Assembly: GCA_016927655.1 (NCBI GenBank) | Contig: JAFGMG010000012.1 | Location: 42,618-106,617 of the forward strand | Length of the DNA: 64,000 bases | Direction: 5' to 3' | Source of the DNA: Candidatus Dojkabacteria bacterium | GTDB lineage: Bacteria > Patescibacteriota > Dojkabacteria > B142 > JAFGMG01 | Shown here: in pieces, positions 58,268 to 64,000 of the stretch | Layout of the letters: every line of letters begins with the position of its first letter | Numbering within the stretch: position 1 is the stretch's first letter | Program-made: the position numbers and the translations under genes | Notes under the pieces: model-generated | Database searches by the model: none | What the model was told of the DNA's origin: nothing | What the model saw: the letters and a program-made list of their open reading frames with translations, nothing else

Positions 58268-59056
58268 TCAGCTGATCAACCTCCTGACAACCTGTAAGAA
58301 TTTACTATTTGGTATATATTCTATTGACTCAAAACGCGGATAATTCCATAAAGGTTCTCTATAAAGACTCATCTTTATATTAAAACACTCAACCCTCAAT
58401 CCTATTTCTCTTGATTCAAGAGAATTAAAATTATATTGGTTGTTATCTACCTCATCCCATATATTCTTAATATCTGGATATTTCTCAACTACTTTCTCAT
58501 TCCTCCTATACCAAGTATCATCTCGCATAAATTCCATTTGTTTTTTAACTCTGCCAAGTTGATAGTAAAGCATTTCCATATATTTATCTGTTTGAAGATA
58601 TTTCTTGATCATATAGCTATCATCTACTAGCAAAGCCACAACTGAATCCCCTAGAATTTTCGAAACTGTCTCACGATACTTGTCTCCTAATAGCCTTTTA
58701 AAAATTTTCTCAAAACCTTTCGAAAAATACAGCATCCTGAACCTATCATCAAGCATATATGCATATACATTATTATTTGTATAATGATTTCTTAAAACTT
58801 CGATTGCTTTTTGTACTTCATCGTCTGACGCAGGTTCTGCTATCGTTCCAATAAGATAGTCAACTTCCCTGTCATTTAATAATAATATCTTACCAATATA
58901 TAAGACAGTCTCCTTACTCGGATTGACCTTGCCGCTCTCTATTCTCGAAATCATGCCTACAGAAGCGTTCATGGCCAGCTCGAGGTCCATCTGGCTCATT
59001 CCAGCTCTTTTTCTGAAGTATTTAATTCTTCGGCCCAATGTCTTTGCGTCAATCAT
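58268..59056 (-). CDS. XRE-family HTH regulator with ~200-aa C-terminal domain (Rgg/RNPP-like architecture), copy 2
   Basis: N-terminus MIDAKTLGRRIKYFRKRAGMSQMDLELAMNASVGMISRIESGKVNPS. Confidence 0.6.
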   Translation of the reverse strand: MIDAKTLGRRIKYFRKRAGMSQMDLELAMNASVGMISRIESGKVNPSKETVLYIGKILLLNDREVDYLIGTIAEPASDDEVQKAIEVLRNHYTNNNVYAYMLDDRFRMLYFSKGFEKIFKRLLGDKYRETVSKILGDSVVALLVDDSYMIKKYLQTDKYMEMLYYQLGRVKKQMEFMRDDTWYRRNEKVVEKYPDIKNIWDEVDNNQYNFNSLESREIGLRVECFNIKMSLYREPLWNYPRFESIEYIPNSKFLQVVRRLIS

Positions 59057-59838
59057 TTCCTGCCCTTTAAAAGGTTTTGAACCGTTCTGAAATATTTATT
59101 CACGGGAATATATTCAACAATTTCGAATCTTGGATTATCAAGCAGTCTCTCCCTGGCATACATCATTTTAAATTTCACTGGCCCGACTTTAAATGGAACA
59201 ATTCTCTCATCTTTCTCGTAAAACACTCCCAATTTTTCAGTATCCAGACTATTCCAGTACTCAAATATCTTCGGATGTTTCTCTATTTCTTCTATACTGA
59301 CCTGATATATCTTATCATCCTTCATAAAACTAATCTCTCTTTTACAATAGGCAAGCTGAATGCGAACCATTTCGTCATAAGCACTTTCATCGAACAATCC
59401 CTTTACACCAAGACGTTCATCTAGAAGAATCTGAATAATAGTTTTGCCAAATACTCCATCAATGGTTTTTTGATCAGCATTCAATATTTTTTGGAATCCT
59501 TTTGATACATGAAGGATTCTCCATCTTTCGTCAGTTAGATAACCAAATACAGAGCTTTTATCGAGATAGTATTTGAGCTGCTGATAAACTTCTTCGATCT
59601 CTTCTTTAGTTGAAGGGACAGCTGTTACACCGATTAAATAGTCTAATTCGTTGGGATTCATATTCAGTATCTCTGCAACTTTTCTCACGCTCTCCTTGCT
59701 CGGATTGACCTTGCCGCTCTCTATTCTCGAAATCATGCCTGCGGAGGCATTCATTGCCAGCTCGAGTTCCATCTGGCTCATTCCAGCTCTTTTTCTGAAG
59801 TATTTAATTCTTCTGCCCAATGTCTTTGCGTCAATCAT
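59053..59838 (-). CDS. XRE-family HTH regulator, tandem paralog (copy 1), translationally coupled (ATGA) to copy 2
   Basis: The N-terminal 50 aa are near-identical to copy 2. The stop overlaps the downstream start. Confidence 0.6.
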   Translation of the reverse strand: MIDAKTLGRRIKYFRKRAGMSQMELELAMNASAGMISRIESGKVNPSKESVRKVAEILNMNPNELDYLIGVTAVPSTKEEIEEVYQQLKYYLDKSSVFGYLTDERWRILHVSKGFQKILNADQKTIDGVFGKTIIQILLDERLGVKGLFDESAYDEMVRIQLAYCKREISFMKDDKIYQVSIEEIEKHPKIFEYWNSLDTEKLGVFYEKDERIVPFKVGPVKFKMMYARERLLDNPRFEIVEYIPVNKYFRTVQNLLKGRK

Positions 59839-59960
59839 GCCCCTGGGATTAACTATTCGATTATATCATTAACATTATATATACACAATTAGTATATAAC
59901 TGTTTGTAATTTTTCCATTCTTGTTCTAGTATGGGCGCTTCTGTTTATTAAAATAATATT

Positions 59961-60347
59961 ATGGACGATCAGAACTTACAAGAAGCAATGGACGAGCAGG
60001 GCCTGGATGAAGAAAACACCAACCGTATCGAAGAGTATTTTAAGACCAAAGATGCAATCAGAACATTTAGAAATGATCTGAAAGAGCTCAAAGAAACCCA
60101 TGAAGACGCAGAGAACCTGAAGAACCTGTCAGAAGAAGTGAAAAATCTCAGGAAAAAAATCAACGACACAGAAGACATTCGAATAATCAGCGACAAAATC
60201 TCAGGGTTAAAAGAAAGGATGGATCTTCTCAAAGATATTATCTACGCTGAACTCAAAGAGACAGACGAGAAAGAAGTTAAAATGAACGGTCGGAAACTGA
60301 AAATTATAGAGGTGCTGAAAGAAATGAAGGACGAGGAGAGCGAGTAG
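59961..60347 (+). CDS. Acidic coiled-coil protein (hypothetical)
   Basis: E/K-rich heptad-like sequence. 128 aa. Confidence 0.45.
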   Translation: MDDQNLQEAMDEQGLDEENTNRIEEYFKTKDAIRTFRNDLKELKETHEDAENLKNLSEEVKNLRKKINDTEDIRIISDKISGLKERMDLLKDIIYAELKETDEKEVKMNGRKLKIIEVLKEMKDEESE

Positions 60348-60542
60348 CAAATTTTTTGCCAAATTCAAACAATTTCCATCTATTTTCATGGGATTTCCAT
60401 GATTCTTCCATAGTTCTGCAATCTTTTCCTGCTAACTTATTTCTGCAATAAATTTTCCATAATTTGTATTGCAATACAATGCGGAGGTTTAAAAAGAGTG
60501 CTATAAACACTCAGATTATTTTTTATTTATTAGTTTCTTGCG

Positions 60543-61154
60543 ATGTCAAAGTTCAAACTCAGTCTAATTTTGGCAAGTGGGATATTGTCTGCGGTCTTCA
60601 TTTTTCAAGGATTAAATTCTCCGGCTGAAGCTCAAACCTCAAATTGGGGTGCTTGTACAAATGGGGTTTGTTACACTGGCGGGAGAGTTGGGATTGGAAC
60701 ACTTTCTCCAGGAAGCGGTCTTGATGTGAGCGGGAACTTTCAGACAAGGACTGCCTACGGCGGGGCAAGTTTTGTAGTCGCCCCGAATTCCGGGAGTTCT
60801 CAGAAATATGGAATGACGAATCTTGATACTGGTACTTTATTCTTTGGCAGGACTACCGGAGCTGGCGGCGGGGTTTCTCCTGATCTGAGTCTTTTCTCTG
60901 GCAATGTGGGTGTAAACAAGGCTTATCCGGGGACGAATTTGGATGTAAACGGATTTGTTCGTTCGAATCCGTTAAATAACGGAGGCGCAACTTATGTAGT
61001 AACTCCAAGTAATGGTACTGCTCAAAGTTATGGTATGACTGCTGCTGACGATGGGACGTACTTTTTCGGTAGGACAAATGGGCCAAGCCAGGGGATATTG
61101 GCGAGCATAAAAGTGTACAGCAACGGCGGCATGTGCCTTGGCAAGTGCTGGTAA
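60543..61154 (+). CDS. Secreted protein with two ~38-aa Gly-rich internal repeats
   Basis: Signal/TM, then GGASFVVAPNSGSSQKYGMTNLDTGTLFFGRTTGAGGG and GGATYVVTPSNGTAQSYGMTAADDGTYFFGRTNGPSQG. Confidence 0.5.
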   Translation: MSKFKLSLILASGILSAVFIFQGLNSPAEAQTSNWGACTNGVCYTGGRVGIGTLSPGSGLDVSGNFQTRTAYGGASFVVAPNSGSSQKYGMTNLDTGTLFFGRTTGAGGGVSPDLSLFSGNVGVNKAYPGTNLDVNGFVRSNPLNNGGATYVVTPSNGTAQSYGMTAADDGTYFFGRTNGPSQGILASIKVYSNGGMCLGKCW

Positions 61155-61197
61155 AAGAAACGGGAAGTTTATTCTTTATTTATGTTAGGTTAGAAAG

Positions 61198-62682
61198 ATG
61201 AAAAAGAAACTAATATTATTAATACTAGGCATACCCGTCATTGTTATCGGTGGATTTGTCTTTAAAAGCATAGTTTTGGCAAAAGGGGATGATACAATCA
61301 TAATAAAAGAGAACTTAGTAGCAGACGGTGAATTTGTCCGTGGTCCAAATGTGGAAAATTTTGGAGTTGAGAAATACATCAATAAAAAACTAAAAAAATA
61401 CTCTTCTTTCCAAAAGGAAATTGATGATCAGTCTGAAATGTATAGTATCAACCCTGAGTTATTGATAACACTAATAGACATTCAATATCAAAATGTGGAC
61501 TTAACAGATATGAAGCCTGAAGAGTTTAACGATTTGATCGAAAAATTGGTGATTGATCTTACGGATAACTACTATGGCTGCATTGCCCAAGCAGTAGAAA
61601 GAGCAGATAATAAACTAGAGAAAGAATATGAATCCCCTTTTGGATACAGAGTCAAACTAGACGATGAAGTAAATGCAGCCACTAATGCAACAATATTTGC
61701 AATGATTCAAAGAATGGATAAACAGGATATGAAAAATTTTGCAAGGAACGGAGATAACGGAGATTTTCATAAACACTTTTCAAAACTATTTCCAGAATCG
61801 GATCCACTAGATGGAAGTAATGTGATTGACTATGAAATAGTAAGTGGGAAAAAGAAACCTGAGAAATTTTCTTTATCAAACAGCATTGTTCAGAAGGCTC
61901 AAGCCCAATCAACTCCATTTAAAGAAACCCTGCAATTTCCTTATCCAATAGGGCAGTCTTGGGTATTTAATGGCGTACATTCTACTAATATGTCCGGAAT
62001 AGACTTTTCTCCAACAAATCCTTTTCCAAGCTGGCTTCAACCAGAAAATGATATCACAGCAACTGATTATCGGGTTGTTGCAGCCGCAGATGGTATAGCA
62101 CAAAAATATTCTAATTGCCTTGTTTATATTGATCACGGTGGAGGGTGGAAGACTAAATATTACCATCTCGAAAATGTACAATTCAGTCAAAACACCTCTG
62201 TTGAAGCAAATGATACGATTGCATACTTGGCTAACACCTACTCTGAAGCTATTTGCAATACCGGAGATGCTACTGGTAGACATGTTCATTTTGGATTGAT
62301 GTATAATGGAGCTTATACTGCTCTTGATGGATCGGAATTTTCCGGATGGAAGGTAAACGTAAATACGACAACACCTTATTCTATCGATTGCACAAAAATG
62401 TATCTTTATAGAGACGGAGTAACCAAGTGTCCACGCAGTAGTATTTTAAATGACGCATCGACAGATTCATGTATTCCTTCTCCAGGACTCGATTGGGTTA
62501 TTGACGGACAGGTATGTGAGATTACTTCCAATATGGTGGCTGATAGAAATGTGTTGGTGAAGAATAACTCTGAATTAAGACTTTTAGCTAATTCTAGTCT
62601 TAACATTGATTTCCTGAACTATTCTATACAAACAGAACCCTATGGTAAAATAACCATAGATTCGACTGCTAAGCTATTTTAA
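61198..62682 (+). CDS. Membrane-anchored secreted M23-family (LytM-like) metallopeptidase
   Basis: YIDHGGGWKTKYYHL (HxxxD region) and GDATGRHVHFGL (HxH) motifs. Confidence 0.68.
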   Translation: MKKKLILLILGIPVIVIGGFVFKSIVLAKGDDTIIIKENLVADGEFVRGPNVENFGVEKYINKKLKKYSSFQKEIDDQSEMYSINPELLITLIDIQYQNVDLTDMKPEEFNDLIEKLVIDLTDNYYGCIAQAVERADNKLEKEYESPFGYRVKLDDEVNAATNATIFAMIQRMDKQDMKNFARNGDNGDFHKHFSKLFPESDPLDGSNVIDYEIVSGKKKPEKFSLSNSIVQKAQAQSTPFKETLQFPYPIGQSWVFNGVHSTNMSGIDFSPTNPFPSWLQPENDITATDYRVVAAADGIAQKYSNCLVYIDHGGGWKTKYYHLENVQFSQNTSVEANDTIAYLANTYSEAICNTGDATGRHVHFGLMYNGAYTALDGSEFSGWKVNVNTTTPYSIDCTKMYLYRDGVTKCPRSSILNDASTDSCIPSPGLDWVIDGQVCEITSNMVADRNVLVKNNSELRLLANSSLNIDFLNYSIQTEPYGKITIDSTAKLF

Positions 62683-62720
62683 CTTACAAAAACTATGAAA
62701 AAAACACTAATAATTCTTTT
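62569..62720 (+). repeat. About 150-bp direct repeat, copy 1 (gene 3' end + intergenic + signal-peptide codons)
   Basis: Matches 63340..63490. Confidence 0.6.
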
Positions 62721-63324
62721 AATAATCGGCCTAGTTGTTTTTACAGCTATTATTGGAATAGTAGGTTATTTGTTAATCACTAAAAAATCAGAACCTGCCA
62801 TTTCAACTCAACGAGAGGCAAACAATAACACCACTTCCGATAATATTGCTAATAATACTGAGCCAACTGATAATCAGACGACTCAAACATTCCTTACATA
62901 TACAATCCCGAAATATTCCAGTTATCCAGAGGTAGGGCTTACTTACCCAGAATCATGGATAATGGAAAAGACTGTGACTGCAGGTCAACCAGAGTATTCA
63001 TTCACAAAAAATGGATATGAATTGATGATAAGGCGTGTAGAAGGCGGTGGAGTTGAATGTCATTTCGATAGCAATTTCCCTGCAGAAATGGCTGATTTCA
63101 ACCTAGATATCAGTCAATATGACTACAAGAAGATCTCTTCTAATTTAGGAGATTTTTACTACTTCGATACAGGAAGCAAATATGAGTTTTGTGGTCCATC
63201 TTCACAGGTTACTGGGAAACTAGTTGAGATGAATATGCTTGGTTTGATCACTTTTGAGACTCCTGCAAACCCTAGTTCTGAGATCATGGACGAAATGGTC
63301 GCTATTATAGAAAGTGCCCAATAG
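62695..63324 (+). CDS. Membrane-anchored secreted protein, paralog family A
   Basis: Shares GYEL.IRR..G.G.ECH..SNF..EM.DFN.DI..YDY with the next gene. Confidence 0.5.
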   Translation: MKKTLIILLIIGLVVFTAIIGIVGYLLITKKSEPAISTQREANNNTTSDNIANNTEPTDNQTTQTFLTYTIPKYSSYPEVGLTYPESWIMEKTVTAGQPEYSFTKNGYELMIRRVEGGGVECHFDSNFPAEMADFNLDISQYDYKKISSNLGDFYYFDTGSKYEFCGPSSQVTGKLVEMNMLGLITFETPANPSSEIMDEMVAIIESAQ

Positions 63325-63338
63325 AACCAGCAAATAAC

Positions 63339-63452
63339 GCAGAACTGAGATTACTTGCAAATTCGAGTCTGGACATTGATTTCTTGAACTATTCAGTTCA
63401 AGTAGAACCCTATGGTAAGATAACCATAGATTCAACTTCTAAATTATTTTAA
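63339..63452 (+). pseudogene. Duplicated C-terminal fragment of the M23 peptidase gene (AELRLLANSSLDIDFLNYSVQVEPYGKITIDSTSKLF*)
   Basis: About 88% DNA identity to 62569..62682, the 3' end of the 61198..62682 gene. Confidence 0.5.
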
Positions 63453-63490
63453 TTTGCAATAATTATGAAAAAAACATTAATAACTCTAAT
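63340..63490 (+). repeat. About 150-bp direct repeat, copy 2
   Basis: Matches 62569..62720. Confidence 0.6.
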
Positions 63491-64000
63491 AGTATTCGAG
63501 CTGGTTGTCCTAATGGTAATAACTGGGATTATAGTTTGTTTAACCCTAAGAAATTATACTAACGGAAAGTCTGAGACTATAATTACAACCCCAGATGGAA
63601 ATGCCGGCGAGTCAGAAGAAGGTTTTCCTGACAATATCGTTGATGCACAAACATCAGAAGAACCCTCTACATACATAGTGAAAGCATTTGGGAATTTCTC
63701 TGGTTTTTCATTTGATTATCCTTCAAATTGGACAGTTGAAAAAGACGAAAAAGGAAATATATATCAAAATCTAACACTAACAAAAATAGGAGGTTATGAA
63801 TTAAGTATACGGCGCGCAAGTGGAGACGGACAAGAGTGTCATCTCAACAGTAATTTTTCCCAAGAAATGACAGACTTTAATATTGACATTACCAAATATG
63901 ATTATAACTTCGTCGAGTCAAAACTAGGAAGAGTGTATTACTTTGCAAAGGACAAAAATAACGCGTACGAATATTGCATTCCAGGCAAAGATAACCCTAA
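63465..64000 (+). CDS. Membrane-anchored secreted protein, paralog family A (runs off the right edge)
   Basis: Manual translation MKKTLITLIVFELVVLMVITGIIV...GYELSIRRASGDGQECHLNSNFSQEMTDFNIDITKYDY.... Confidence 0.5.
   Translation, partial: MKKTLITLIVFELVVLMVITGIIVCLTLRNYTNGKSETIITTPDGNAGESEEGFPDNIVDAQTSEEPSTYIVKAFGNFSGFSFDYPSNWTVEKDEKGNIYQNLTLTKIGGYELSIRRASGDGQECHLNSNFSQEMTDFNIDITKYDYNFVESKLGRVYYFAKDKNNAYEYCIPGKDNP

Noticed and set aside
60950-60975. tRNA-like GTTCGAATCC T-loop motif
   Set aside because: It lies inside the 60543..61154 coding sequence with no flanking acceptor or anticodon stems.
1-64000. CRISPR arrays, rRNA genes, transposase/IS elements
   Set aside because: No regularly spaced short direct repeats, no rRNA-like conserved stretches, and no DDE or serine/tyrosine recombinase ORFs were found on either strand.

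Overview
This 64-kb window is AT-rich (roughly 38% GC by eye) and densely coded on both strands. It looks like a reduced bacterial genome, most likely Patescibacteria/CPR-like; that placement is inferred from the archaeal-type AspRS, the minimal mur/dcw cluster, the many small membrane-anchored hypotheticals, and TGA/TAG both being used as stops. Housekeeping content: mfd (truncated at the left edge), miaA, dinB, a reversed dcw-type block (mraZ-rsmH-ftsL-ftsI-murA-sigma-Mur ligase), AspRS, ProRS, ssb, gpmI, pyk, trpS, lepA and hisS. Three tRNAs are present (Cys-GCA, Leu-TAA, Lys-TTT). Accessory or unusual content is concentrated at 28.1-35.5 kb, 39.3-45.8 kb and 55-64 kb. The first holds a tRNA-Cys, a decayed 5' copy of tRNA-Leu with palindromic mini-insertions, a GIY-YIG ORF running into the intact tRNA-Leu, a 2H phosphoesterase, a Dda/RecD-like helicase, a patatin-like protein, an ABC exporter and a CI/Cro-like HTH pair. 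The second holds a large papain-like C1 protease surface protein and a multi-PAS histidine kinase cut by a single in-frame TAG. The third holds tandem duplicated XRE-family regulators, an M23 peptidase and duplicated secreted-protein cassettes. Other notable points: AspRS carries a C-terminal YbaK/ProX-type deacylase domain while the nearby ProRS lacks the INS editing domain; a leader with mutually exclusive hairpins and an intrinsic terminator sits just before a racemase-trpS operon; 10-bp-phased TGGTGA repeats lie upstream of mraZ. No CRISPR array or rRNA was seen.
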